Shown: piece by piece, positions 54,437-64,000 of the stretch
Layout: every line of letters starts with the position of its first letter
How positions within the stretch are numbered: the stretch's first letter is position 1
Assembly: GCA_963787255.1 (NCBI GenBank)
Contig: CAWBCJ010000025.1
Location: forward strand, 224,001 to 288,000
DNA: 64,000 nt
Direction: 5' to 3'
Origin: Methanobacteriota archaeon
GTDB lineage: Archaea; Methanobacteriota; Methanobacteria; Methanobacteriales; Methanobacteriaceae
Program-made: the position numbers and the translations under genes
Notes under the pieces: model-generated
Told to the model about the DNA's origin: nothing
Seen by the model: only the letters and a program-made list of their open reading frames with translations
Database searches by the model: none

Positions 54437-55384
54437 TTAATATTCCGCATGTTCTTCATGTAATTTAGAAAAAATCATTGCTAATGTAATTATATCTTGT
54501 TGATTATGTTCAATTATAGGAATTAATGGCCCTACATTTCCTTTTTTTAGATAAGTCTGGTAAAATTCAGGCACTAAACCACTGGGAATATCATCTTCCC
54601 TTATAATATTAAATAGATGCCTTTCTATTGTTGTTAATTTACAATTCATCAATTCCTCGCTCCACTGCCTTCTTGAATAGTGCAGCATATCAAAATGAGG
54701 ATGATTTATATTTCTATTTATATTGAAATACTTCATTCTATTCTTAATAAATGGCAAATCAAAAGTTTGCCCGTTAAAAGTTACAAATACGCTATCATCG
54801 TCAATATCTGAAAGGAAAGCATCTAAAATTGCACTTTCTTCTCCTTTATCTCTTGATAAATATTGCTTTACGCTTATTTTACTTCCAGATACTTTAGCAA
54901 GCCCTAAAAGGATTATAGGTCTGTTGAAAAATCCTAATGTTTCAATATCTAGAAAAATATAGTCATCATCTTTGCTGAAACTTGATGAAAATAAGATTAG
55001 TGGATGTGATTTGGGGTAACAACTTGAAATCCAATCTTCTATTTCACATTTATCTTGTTTACATACTATTTTTAGGAACTTCGATGCATCTTCACCAAAT
55101 CTTTCATGATCCTGTAAATCTTCAATGGTTTTATATCCTTCTTCTTTTAATTTTCGTTCTCTTACTTCTCCAATTCCATTTAAAACCTTTAAATCACTTA
55201 AAATTTTTTCTTGAGCTTTTTGGGGACTTAAAATATTAAAATTCAGTGAAGAATCATTTTTTATACTGTAACAGGATCCTTCAGATGTGTTAATCTCTTC
55301 CCCTTTAATAAGTTCATCAAGGAGCTTTCCTTCATTTTCAATTAAAAGTTTTTCCTTTAATTTGTATGCATTTTCGTATTCCAT
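54437..55384 (-). CDS. YprB/MrfB-like DEDD 3'-5' exonuclease (RNase H-like) with HhH motif
   Basis: LDIETLG, TFNGQTFDLPF, HFDML and EHNQQD. HhH LNGIGEVRERKL. Confidence 0.85.
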   Translation of the reverse strand: MEYENAYKLKEKLLIENEGKLLDELIKGEEINTSEGSCYSIKNDSSLNFNILSPQKAQEKILSDLKVLNGIGEVRERKLKEEGYKTIEDLQDHERFGEDASKFLKIVCKQDKCEIEDWISSCYPKSHPLILFSSSFSKDDDYIFLDIETLGFFNRPIILLGLAKVSGSKISVKQYLSRDKGEESAILDAFLSDIDDDSVFVTFNGQTFDLPFIKNRMKYFNINRNINHPHFDMLHYSRRQWSEELMNCKLTTIERHLFNIIREDDIPSGLVPEFYQTYLKKGNVGPLIPIIEHNQQDIITLAMIFSKLHEEHAEY

Positions 55385-55689
55385 GTATTCATATCCGTTT
55401 AGGTTGCTCCAAAAGCTAAATTTAAACTCTATTAAAACTTTTAATATTAAATAATTGATTCTTTTTTTGATTATAAAATTGTTATCGTCTTTTATTTCAT
55501 ATTATACTAAATTTTAATTATTTCTATTTGATTAATATTTAATGCTGCATAAGGAGTATAAATAGTTGAGTTTTATATAATTTAAATTGTATATTACATT
55601 ATCAAATTTTCACTTTTCATGTTAAAATTAAAATTTTGAAATTAAAGAAAAAATATTGTTTAAAAAAAAAGAATTAAAAAAAAATAGTG

Positions 55690-56487
55690 TCATGATTTAT
55701 ATACATTTATATACTTACTGAAAATGCTTTGAAAGAACTTAGTTATTATTCCTTTACTTGTTAAATCGTTTTCATAGGAATATTTTCCTATTACTCCTGC
55801 TGCAAGGTTCATCAATATTCTGGAGGTATCAGAATTAGGATTGTCAACTAAAATAGAACTTCCTGCAGCAGATGCAATCTTTAATTCATAATCTTCAGGT
55901 ATAATTGAAAGTACAGGTATATTAAGAATTACTTCAATTTCTGCTGCTGTTAAAAATGATTTGTCAGACATTTTTCTGTTAATAACTACTCCTAAAATAT
56001 TTATTCCTAACTTTTCTGCCACTATTTTAGTTTTTAAAGCGTCACTAAGCGACGTTAATTCTGGAGTAGTAACAAGTATTAATTCATTTGATACTTCAAG
56101 TGCAGCTAAAGCGTCTCTTTCCAGCCCCCCAGGGGCGTCAATTAAAAGAATATCAATATCTTCAGTTAAAGACTCCAAAACTTCTTCCAGTCTTTCCAGT
56201 CTCATATCTTTTAAACCATAGAGGGAAAGGCCAGCAGGAACAATTTTCACACCTCCAGGACCTTCATAAACTGCATTATGTATTGTATCCCTTCCTGAAA
56301 GTACATCCTGCAATGTAACTGGTTTATCTTCAAGGCCAAGAATTAATTCTAAGTTAGCCATTGCTACATCAAGATCTAAAACTACAACGTCTTCTTGATG
56401 TAAAGATAAAGCTATTCCAAGATTCGCGGCTATTGTAGTCTTTCCTACACCGCCTTTTCCAGAGGCTACTACTATAACTCTTGCCAT
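55690..56487 (-). CDS. minD: MinD-family ATPase
   Basis: SGKGGVGKTT deviant Walker A, DLDVAMANL, IDAPGG and an amphipathic C-terminus (KGIITKFFQSIF). Confidence 0.88.
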   Translation of the reverse strand: MARVIVVASGKGGVGKTTIAANLGIALSLHQEDVVVLDLDVAMANLELILGLEDKPVTLQDVLSGRDTIHNAVYEGPGGVKIVPAGLSLYGLKDMRLERLEEVLESLTEDIDILLIDAPGGLERDALAALEVSNELILVTTPELTSLSDALKTKIVAEKLGINILGVVINRKMSDKSFLTAAEIEVILNIPVLSIIPEDYELKIASAAGSSILVDNPNSDTSRILMNLAAGVIGKYSYENDLTSKGIITKFFQSIFSKYINVYKS

Positions 56488-56561
56488 AATTATCACCCAT
56501 TCTAATATTTACTCTTAATATATTCTGGTACTCACAGTCATATATTAATCAAAAAAAATAA

Positions 56562-56595
56562 TGTGATTATTTTCACAAATAAAAAAAATAATCAC
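56562..56595. promoter_or_regulatory. Palindromic operator candidate TGTGA-N6-TCACA overlapping an 11-bp inverted repeat
   Basis: TGTGA TTATTT TCACA at 56562-56577. GTGATTATTTT (56563-56573) and AAAATAATCAC (56585-56595). Lies between divergent minD and deaminase genes. Confidence 0.45.
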
Positions 56596-56682
56596 TCTAA
56601 AAAAATACAGGAACTATGATTTTTAATAACATAATTTAATTAGGAGATTATTTTTATAAGTTATTGAAAATATGATATTATT

Positions 56683-57138
56683 ATGGAAGAACATTATAAA
56701 TTCATGAAGGAAGCAATTGGGGAAGCAAAAAAGGGATTATCAGAATCAGGAATTCCTATTGGTGCAGTTCTGGTTAAAAATGGAGAAATAATATCTAGAG
56801 GGCATAATAATCTACTGCAGAAAAATTCTGTAATACTACATGGAGAAATGGATTGTATTGAAAATGCAGGGAGATTAAATGGAATAGATTATCAAAAAGC
56901 CACACTTTATACAACATTATCACCATGTGAAATGTGTTCTGGCATGATTTTACTTTATAAAATTTCCAAGGTGGTTATTGGAGAAAATGAAACTCTTAAA
57001 GGACCTGAAGAATATTTAATTAAAAATGGTGTAGAACTAATTAATTTAAATTTAGACGAATGCAAGGCCATTATGAATAAATACATTGAAGATAACCCTG
57101 AGATATGGGGTAGTGAACTTGAAAAAGTGGGTTTTTAA
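56683..57138 (+). CDS. Nucleoside/cytosine deaminase (CDA fold, fungal Fcy1-like)
   Basis: GIPIGAVL, HGE and TTLSPCEMC zinc motif, C-terminal PEIW. Confidence 0.88.
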   Translation: MEEHYKFMKEAIGEAKKGLSESGIPIGAVLVKNGEIISRGHNNLLQKNSVILHGEMDCIENAGRLNGIDYQKATLYTTLSPCEMCSGMILLYKISKVVIGENETLKGPEEYLIKNGVELINLNLDECKAIMNKYIEDNPEIWGSELEKVGF

Positions 57139-57238
57139 ACATATTTTTCAAAGAGTAATCATCTATACAGCTTAATATTAAATTTTAATCATTAAATAAT
57201 AATTTAATCTAATATTTCGAATCATAGAAGGCTAATTA

Positions 57239-58186
57239 ATGAAAAAAATCATCTGGCTATTAATTTTTTTAGTAATATCATTAGCTGCTATTGGAACATA
57301 TAATTATTATTCTACAGCTAAAAATACTGTTGTTGTGGGCTATTTACCAAGTAATCATGATTCTGCATTATTTGTAGCTAATTCAATGGGAATATTTAAA
57401 AAAGAAGGGATTAATGTCAAATTAGTACCATTTAGAGATGGTTCAGAGATTATAGATGCTGCAAATTCAGGATTAATAGATGTGGCATACTGTGGAATAT
57501 CACCGACAATTATGGCAATAGATAACGGAAATCCTATTAAAATAGTTGCATCAGTAAATCTAGAAGGATCTGCACTTGTAGTGAATAATAATTCTAATAT
57601 TAAGACATTAAAAGATCTAAAAGGTGCAAATATAGCAATACCACGTAAAGGATCAGTTCAAGATTTTTTATTAATGGATTTACTTTCAAGAAATAATATA
57701 AGCATAAATGAAGTAAATATTACCGTATCAGACGTTTCTTATATGCCGGATTCACTATTATTTAATAAATTTGATGCATTTATTGCATGGGAGCCCTATC
57801 CTTCTGTTTCAAAACTTGAAGATAATTCTAATGTTCTTTTATACTCAAAGGATATATGGGATGGACATCCTTGTTGTGTTGTAATTGCAACTAATGATTT
57901 TGCAGAAAAGGATGCTGAATATCTAAAGAAGTTTTTAAGGGCACACGTTGAAGCAACATATTATGTAAATTCCAATAAGGATGAAACTGCATTAATTGTG
58001 GCAAAAAAGCTTGGTACAGATGTAGATGTTGAAAAAGAAGGGCTAAAACATGTTGAATTTGTTTCAATTCCATCAGATGAGTTTATAAATAATGTTTTTA
58101 AATTCATGGAAATTCAAAAGCAAATGGGATATGTAAAAAATAATTTAACGAAAGAAATGTTATTTAATCTTCAATATCTTCCTTAA
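57239..58186 (+). CDS. ABC transporter substrate-binding protein (SsuA/NMT1-THI5-like)
   Basis: N-terminal TM anchor, VGYLP, LKGANIA, AWEPY and HPCCV. Confidence 0.85.
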   Translation: MKKIIWLLIFLVISLAAIGTYNYYSTAKNTVVVGYLPSNHDSALFVANSMGIFKKEGINVKLVPFRDGSEIIDAANSGLIDVAYCGISPTIMAIDNGNPIKIVASVNLEGSALVVNNNSNIKTLKDLKGANIAIPRKGSVQDFLLMDLLSRNNISINEVNITVSDVSYMPDSLLFNKFDAFIAWEPYPSVSKLEDNSNVLLYSKDIWDGHPCCVVIATNDFAEKDAEYLKKFLRAHVEATYYVNSNKDETALIVAKKLGTDVDVEKEGLKHVEFVSIPSDEFINNVFKFMEIQKQMGYVKNNLTKEMLFNLQYLP

Positions 58187-58203
58187 TTACTTCAATAAAA
58201 ATT

Positions 58204-59679
58204 TTATCTCTCTTTTTTTGTAGAAATTTCATGTTCAATCAAAGTGTTTTCTTTAATATATTCTTTTTCCTTTGAAAAAATAGAAAATAATAGAATTAAA
58301 ATGCTTATAATGATTCCAATAATGAATGCATTTTGAAATCCATCTAAAAGAATTCCTGTAGGTGCGCTAAATTGAAATGCGCCATTTGTAGGGGCACCAG
58401 TAAATTTAATAATTTCAGTACTGATTGTAAAATCGAATATTACATTGAAAATAACGACTCCCATTACCAGACCTAAGTATCTTGCAGAATTTAAAAGGCT
58501 GGATACGGATGCAATTTTTTCTTTAGGACTGTGGCTCATAACAAGTTTATTATTAGCGGGCGTTATCATTCCCTCTGAAAGTGCGCGGATTCCGAGAGTA
58601 ACAAGGATAAATAATAATCCAATAGTTTCATTTAATGAATAAAATAATATTAAGGCAATTGTAAGGCAAATAGATGCAATTATAACTGGTATTCTAGATC
58701 CAAAGCGATCAGATAGATGTCCTGATAATGGGCCGATAAATATGAGAAGTAATGCGGGTATAAGGATGATTATTCCTGCAAAGTCACTTGGATATCCCAT
58801 TATAAGTTCAAGATAGAAGGGTAGTAGAAATATGGTTCCTGTAAGTACTAATGTGGCGAAAAATGCAGTAAATACTGAAAGGGTAATGTTAATGTTTTTA
58901 AAAATATAAATATCAAATAATGGGTTATTATACTTTGATTCCCAGATTAAGAAGATTGCTGTTAATATCAAAGATATTATGAATGTTAGAATCATAAGTG
59001 TGTAGCTAATATCAAACTCTCTTTCTACATTGAAAGGCAAAATGAAGGTGAATATTGCTAAAAAGATTAATATTGAACCAATGATATCAAATCCAGTTTT
59101 AGAATCTTTTTTAGGTGATGAAGGCAGTACTTTATTTGCAAGAATAATTGTTGCTATTCCTAGAGGAACAACAGTTATAAAAATCCAGTTCCATTCCATG
59201 TTATTTAAAATAAATCCTCCAATTCCGTATCCTAAAGCTAATCCTAATGTTGTAGTAAGTGAGATGTAACCAAATATCATGCCTCTAGTTTTATGTGGGA
59301 AGTTGACGGTGATAATTACTGGTACCATAGAAATTAACATTGCAGATCCTAATCCTTGAATTACTCTATAAAATATAAGCTGATATATATCAAGTGATAT
59401 GGCACAAAAGTATGATCCTATGGTAAAAATAGAGATACCTAATATGAATAGTCTTTTTTGACCAATAATATCTCCTACGCGACCAAAAATAAGTAAAAAG
59501 CTTACTAGAACAAGAAGATGGATAATAATTATTAAAGAAACTAAATTGGTGCTTATATCGAGATATTGTGATATTGTTGGAAGTGAAATATTTACGATTC
59601 CAGCGCTAAATGACCATAAAAACATTCCAAAAGCAAGAGTAAAAATAATTAAGTTATTATTTGATTTAAACAGATTCAT
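58204..59679 (-). CDS. MFS transporter, DHA2/EmrB type (about 14 TM)
   Basis: VNISLPTI, GRVGDIIGQKR, RVIQGLG, WNWIF and GHLSDRFGSR. Confidence 0.9.
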   Translation of the reverse strand: MNLFKSNNNLIIFTLAFGMFLWSFSAGIVNISLPTISQYLDISTNLVSLIIIIHLLVLVSFLLIFGRVGDIIGQKRLFILGISIFTIGSYFCAISLDIYQLIFYRVIQGLGSAMLISMVPVIITVNFPHKTRGMIFGYISLTTTLGLALGYGIGGFILNNMEWNWIFITVVPLGIATIILANKVLPSSPKKDSKTGFDIIGSILIFLAIFTFILPFNVEREFDISYTLMILTFIISLILTAIFLIWESKYNNPLFDIYIFKNINITLSVFTAFFATLVLTGTIFLLPFYLELIMGYPSDFAGIIILIPALLLIFIGPLSGHLSDRFGSRIPVIIASICLTIALILFYSLNETIGLLFILVTLGIRALSEGMITPANNKLVMSHSPKEKIASVSSLLNSARYLGLVMGVVIFNVIFDFTISTEIIKFTGAPTNGAFQFSAPTGILLDGFQNAFIIGIIISILILLFSIFSKEKEYIKENTLIEHEISTKKER

Positions 59680-59815
59680 ATGAATATTAGCACATTAATA
59701 AAGATATAAACTCTTTTAAGAGTTTAAATATATTTTTTATTAAATTATGATTAAATTGGGAAAAAAGGTCATATTTCAAATAAATTTAAAAACACTTTAT
59801 ACCATATAAAAACTT

Positions 59816-60718
59816 GTGGAAAAATATTATTTAGTTTGCACCAGATGCAATGGATATTACGAACTTGAAGATGAAGAATCTCCAGATAATTTTGAATCAT
59901 GTCAATGCGGCGGAGATTTAATATTAGTTCAAAATATCAATGATTATTTCGATAATGAAGGATATAATGAATATGAAGAATACAGTAATAGAAAGAAGAA
60001 ATTTAAAAAAAGTACTCTCTTTTTAGTTTTACTTATAATCATAATTCCCCTTTTCCTATTTTTAAATGGTACATGGTTTAATATTAATGATTCTGATAAT
60101 TCTAGGATACAGGATCATTCTCTTATAGGTTCAGATAGCAGAGGTTATGTCATTAAAGAGGTATATGGTACTTCTAAAACATTAAACTCTAATTCAAAGA
60201 CAATAGCTATTGTAACAGGCATACATCCAAGAGAAGGTCTTTCAAAAAATGTTACAGGGAATTTAATTGATAAATACCCGCTTTATTCTAATATGAATAT
60301 TGTGCATTATGACATAAAGGTTACTAATAATCCTGATAGTTATAGTGAAGGTAGAAATAACGGAGAAGGGTTAGCAGCTGACTACATTTTGCCGGATATT
60401 TTAAAATCTAATGATGATCTTGTAATAATTTGCCATGATCATGAACCTGGTTATGGGCAGGGATTTTATATTGCAACGCCTGAAATGGATGAAAAATCCG
60501 TTAAAACAGCTGAATTAGTAAATCAGTCTATTCCGGGATTTAATTATTATCGGGCTGATAATATGAAGGAGTCTTCATCTTCTGCACTTAAGTTTTCAAA
60601 GCCACTTGCTTCGGCAGGCTATATGACATTTGTATATGAAATTCCAGAGTGGATCACGTATAATGAAGCTTACAGCATGACAAAAACATTCATTGATAAA
60701 TGTTTTAATTTTATTTAA
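59816..60718 (+). CDS. Zn-ribbon-TM-M14-like zinc peptidase-fold protein
   Basis: N-terminal CxxC...CxC, one TM, then GIHPRE (HxxE), CHDH and YEIP. Confidence 0.6.
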   Translation: MEKYYLVCTRCNGYYELEDEESPDNFESCQCGGDLILVQNINDYFDNEGYNEYEEYSNRKKKFKKSTLFLVLLIIIIPLFLFLNGTWFNINDSDNSRIQDHSLIGSDSRGYVIKEVYGTSKTLNSNSKTIAIVTGIHPREGLSKNVTGNLIDKYPLYSNMNIVHYDIKVTNNPDSYSEGRNNGEGLAADYILPDILKSNDDLVIICHDHEPGYGQGFYIATPEMDEKSVKTAELVNQSIPGFNYYRADNMKESSSSALKFSKPLASAGYMTFVYEIPEWITYNEAYSMTKTFIDKCFNFI

Positions 60719-60916
60719 GTTATTTTTTATTTTTTAGTATAATAATCCTCAATGAGCTGGTTTAAGGATAATTTAATGATTTTGAAAATATTAATAAATA
60801 ATGAAAAATAAATAATAATTGTAGGACAATAAATTCTCTTTTTAAGCCAAATCGTATGAAACATCTATAAAAAAAATTAGGATTTTCAGATGTAAATTAT
60901 AATGGAGGAATAATAA

Positions 60917-61168
60917 ATGAAAAATGTTAGAATGTACACTTTAAGTACTTGTCCATGGTGTAAAAAGACAAAAAAATTTTTTAAAGACCACGAAATTCCA
61001 TTTGAATATACTGATTATGATTTAACAGACGATGAAACGCGAGAGAAAATATTAAATGAAATGAGACAGCATGGTGCAAATGGATTTCCTTATGTAAAAA
61101 TAGGGGATAGTATAATAGTTGGATACAAGCCTGAAGAATATTCTCAGTTAATGGGAATAAAAGAATGA
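60917..61168 (+). CDS. Glutaredoxin/NrdH-like redoxin
   Basis: CPWC active site, cis-Pro GFP and IVGY. GGAGG RBS. Confidence 0.92.
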   Translation: MKNVRMYTLSTCPWCKKTKKFFKDHEIPFEYTDYDLTDDETREKILNEMRQHGANGFPYVKIGDSIIVGYKPEEYSQLMGIKE

Positions 61169-61276
61169 TTTAATCTATTATCATTTATTTTTTTAAATTA
61201 ATTTATAGAAAAAATGCTTATAAGTTTTAAGTAATAATGAACTGAAAATTTTTCGGCTATATCTTTTCTTTTAATT

Positions 61277-61552
61277 CTATAATCCTTTTTCCTGCCGTAA
61301 AACTTTTCCTTTATCTACCATTTTACTTAAATAGTCAGTTACGAAACTAAATATTGTTCCATCCTTATCATTTTCAGCTAAAAAAAGAATAATATTGGCC
61401 ATTTCTTTAGTAAACTGGAATACATTCACTAAATCTCCACTTTTTTCCAGTTCAGTAATATAATCGTCAACAACTGCTTCAATCTCTTTGGATTTTCTTA
61501 ATTCTTTAGATTTAGGTTCTAATATTTTATTTTCATCATTATTATTATCCAT
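61277..61552 (-). CDS. Hypothetical protein
   Basis: 91-aa ORF with GAGGTG RBS. No recognisable motif. Confidence 0.65.
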   Translation of the reverse strand: MDNNNDENKILEPKSKELRKSKEIEAVVDDYITELEKSGDLVNVFQFTKEMANIILFLAENDKDGTIFSFVTDYLSKMVDKGKVLRQEKGL

Positions 61553-61717
61553 TTAGACACCTCAACAGAAAATTTAATATTCTCAATTGTTTATATGTGA
61601 ATTATCATATATCAATTTTTAATTATATCGTCTAAATAAAAAAATAACGATATAAAAATTAGATTATTATAATATATAAAATATTTTCTACAGATGAAAA
61701 ATTTGGAAGTATAATGT

Positions 61718-62546
61718 ATGAAAAACCATTTTAAGTTAGCTGTATGCCAGTTAAAGGTAATTGATGATAAAAAAGCTAATGTTAATCGAGCGTTGGAAAT
61801 GATTAAAATTTCGGCAGAAAACAACACAGATATAGTTGTTTTACCAGAAATGTTCAATTGCCCATACGATAACGCTAAATTTAAAGAATATGCAGAAACT
61901 AAAGGAGAAAGTGAAACGTTAAAAGCAATTTCTAAAGCTGCAAAGGATAATAATGTTTTAATTGTTGCAGGTTCTATTCCTGAATTATATAATAATAAAA
62001 TTTACAATTCATGCTTCATATTTAATAATTGTGGAGAACTATTAGGCGAATACAGAAAAATGCACCTCTTTGACATAGATACTCCCGAAATAAAATTTAA
62101 AGAATCAGATATTTTAAGCGCGGGAAACCAAATAGCTGTATTTAAGACTGAATTTACCAAAATTGGAGTTGCCATATGTTACGATATAAGATTCCCAGAG
62201 CTTTTAAGAATTATGGCACTTAAAGGCGCAGAATTAATTATTATACCTGGTGCTTTTAATATGACCACAGGGCCAGCCCATTGGGAACTATTAATACGTG
62301 GCAGAGCAGTAGATAATCAAGTTTTTATAGCTGCTGCATCATCTGCAAGAAATGAAGAACTTTCATACATTGCTTACGGTCACTCAATGATTACAGGCCC
62401 TTGGGGTGATGTATTAGTAAAAGCAGACAAAAATGAAGAGATTATTTATGCTGAACATTAATCTAGATGACCTTAAAAAAGCAAGAAGAGAATTACCTTT
62501 ATTAAAAAATAGAAGGAATGATATTTACAGTATTATTGAAAAATAG
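61718..62546 (+). CDS. Carbon-nitrogen hydrolase (Nit2/omega-amidase-like), frameshift at about 62456
   Basis: LPEMF, YRKMHLFD, ICYDIRFPE triad and TTGPAHW. Removing one base after GCT GAA restores the canonical tail INLDDLKKARRELPLLKNRRNDIY... to TAG 62546. Confidence 0.88.
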
Positions 62547-62717
62547 TGATTAATTTTTTTATTTAAATATCAAATAAATCAAATTTATAATTTTTTTTAT
62601 AAATTTAACTAGCTATGATCAAATAATTCAGGTAGATGTAGAATACTTAATAGATAATTAACCCTTTATTTCCTTTAATAAAGCTTTTATAATATCAAAA
62701 AAGTTAAAAGAGAAATT

Positions 62718-63185
62718 TTATAAATCACTCCTTTTAACAAACTTTAATGCAGCAGAATTCATGCAATATCTTTTCCCTGTTGGAGGTGGTCCATCATCAA
62801 AAACGTGTCCAAGATGAGCATCACATAGTGAACATAAAGATTCATTTCTAACCATAAAATGGCTTGTATCAGTATTGGTTTTAACATTTTCTTCTGCAAC
62901 AGGTTCCCAGAAACTCGGCCAGCCTGTGCCAGATTCGAATTTAGTTTTTGAATCAAATAGATCTATATCACAGCAAACGCATTTGTAGATCCCGTCTTCA
63001 TGGCAATCATGATATTTTCCAGTAAAAGCCGGTTCTGTGCCCTGCTTTCTAGCTACATTAAATTGATTGGGTGTAAGGATATCTCTCCATTCATCATCTG
63101 TCTTTACAATCTTATCCATTAATTCAATTTTTCCTTTTTTAACTGAATAGATGGGTATCTTTTCAGATTGTTCATGAGTTTTCAT
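62718..63185 (-). CDS. msrB: Peptide-methionine (R)-S-oxide reductase
   Basis: GTEPAFTG, two CxxC zinc motifs, GTGWPSF, HLGHVFDDGP and RYCMNS. Confidence 0.95.
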   Translation of the reverse strand: MKTHEQSEKIPIYSVKKGKIELMDKIVKTDDEWRDILTPNQFNVARKQGTEPAFTGKYHDCHEDGIYKCVCCDIDLFDSKTKFESGTGWPSFWEPVAEENVKTNTDTSHFMVRNESLCSLCDAHLGHVFDDGPPPTGKRYCMNSAALKFVKRSDL

Positions 63186-63299
63186 AAGTATTATCTTTGT
63201 ATTTATTTCTCTAAATAATTTATTATTTAACATTATTTTGATTTAAATTCCAAAAAATTGCTCAAAACATATATACTAGATGTTATTATACTTCTATTA

Positions 63300-63995
63300 A
63301 TGAATGATAAAATCCCTGTTTTGCACTGCAAACTCAAAAAATACGAGAGAAAATCAAAGCAAAAATCTAAAGAGGGTAAGGAACAGGTTAGCAGGAGATA
63401 TATGATCCCTGTTAAAAAAGACCAGATTGAAGGTACAAAATTCCAGGAAGTAGAAGATATTATTATATTAAGTAAGGAAGACTTTGAATACGAATTACAG
63501 AAATCAAAGGTCATGGATATAAGCCATGAAAAACTTAAACAGTCTCTTAATGCTAAAGAACTAAAAATAAGAGATCTAGATGAACAAATCAATCAAAAAA
63601 ATGTCACTGATGATAATTTAGAAGATCTAGAGAATAATTTAACTAATAAATTTCGATCAAAGCTTGAAAATATTGTGTATGAATATGAAACCGAAATAAA
63701 AACACTTACTAATAAAATAAATGAATTTGATGGAATTAACCAGGATTACAAGAATTTAAAAAAGTATAATATTGAACTTGAACGGGAATTAAAAAGATTA
63801 AGAGATTTAAGAAACCTGGAAAATGAATCTTTCCAAATTAAAATTCAGGAATTCGAATTGAATAGTGATGAATATGATAAATTAAAGAAAAGCCATGAAT
63901 TATTATGGGATGTTGTCCAGGAAAAAGATAAAGTTATTAAAGATCTTGAAAAAAGAGGTCTTGTAGATAATCTATTTAAAAAGATAAGAAAGTAA
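63300..63995 (+). CDS. Coiled-coil protein with a basic N-terminal domain
   Basis: Basic N-terminus, a long heptad-rich E/K/L region and C-terminal RGLVDNLFKKIRK. Likely start ATG 63300. Confidence 0.75.
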   Translation: MNDKIPVLHCKLKKYERKSKQKSKEGKEQVSRRYMIPVKKDQIEGTKFQEVEDIIILSKEDFEYELQKSKVMDISHEKLKQSLNAKELKIRDLDEQINQKNVTDDNLEDLENNLTNKFRSKLENIVYEYETEIKTLTNKINEFDGINQDYKNLKKYNIELERELKRLRDLRNLENESFQIKIQEFELNSDEYDKLKKSHELLWDVVQEKDKVIKDLEKRGLVDNLFKKIRK

Positions 63996-64000
63996 ATCCA

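Noticed and set aside
606-63592. Many short antisense or alternate-frame ORFs in the track (e.g. 1574-1996, 13652-14107, 47538-47963, 52824-53204, 63233-63592)
   Set aside because: They overlap well-supported genes on the opposite strand or in another frame, lack an RBS and have no recognisable motifs. They are shadow ORFs.
1-64000. CRISPR array, tRNA/rRNA, IS/transposase, integrase or intein
   Set aside because: No regularly spaced repeats, no GC-rich cloverleaf or rRNA-like segments, no transposase or recombinase motifs, and no unexplained large inserts in the conserved enzymes seen by eye.

Overview
AT-rich archaeal chromosomal DNA from a hydrogenotrophic methanogen of the order Methanobacteriales, most likely Methanobacterium (inferred from gene content, gene order and GGTGA/GGAGG ribosome-binding sites). 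From left to right: the 3' end of a DUF2206-like gene; the complete eha energy-converting [NiFe]-hydrogenase operon (ehaA-T) followed by a third polyferredoxin and a CBS protein; an orphan RHH/CcdA-like gene, a heavily frameshifted PAS histidine kinase and a REC-PAS-pseudokinase; asnB-gatC-ACT-hom-apgM-pyrG; an EppA-type type IV pilus locus with six class III signal-peptide proteins, including a 717-aa adhesin-like pilin; Dph6, CoA-pathway and M42 peptidase genes; a REC-PAS-V4R/MetOD1 plus KaiC-like ATPase pair; bacterial-type uvrC and uvrBA; and an accessory stress/redox/transport region (DUF362, PrsW, TRAM, tautomerase, flavodoxin-fold reductase, ExoD, PfpI, YprB-like exonuclease, MinD, deaminase, SBP, MFS, M14-like peptidase, glutaredoxin, nitrilase, MsrB). 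I found no rRNA, tRNA, CRISPR array or transposase. Isolated single-base frameshifts (ehaO, a pilin gene, DUF362, nitrilase) suggest consensus errors. The most notable observations are a recurring ATT/CTG codon at the RBS-predicted start position of several genes, a structured or palindromic leader on the TRAM gene, a perfect TGTGA-N6-TCACA box, the KaiC signalling pair and the pilus adhesin architecture. All family assignments come from motif recognition by eye, not from database searches.
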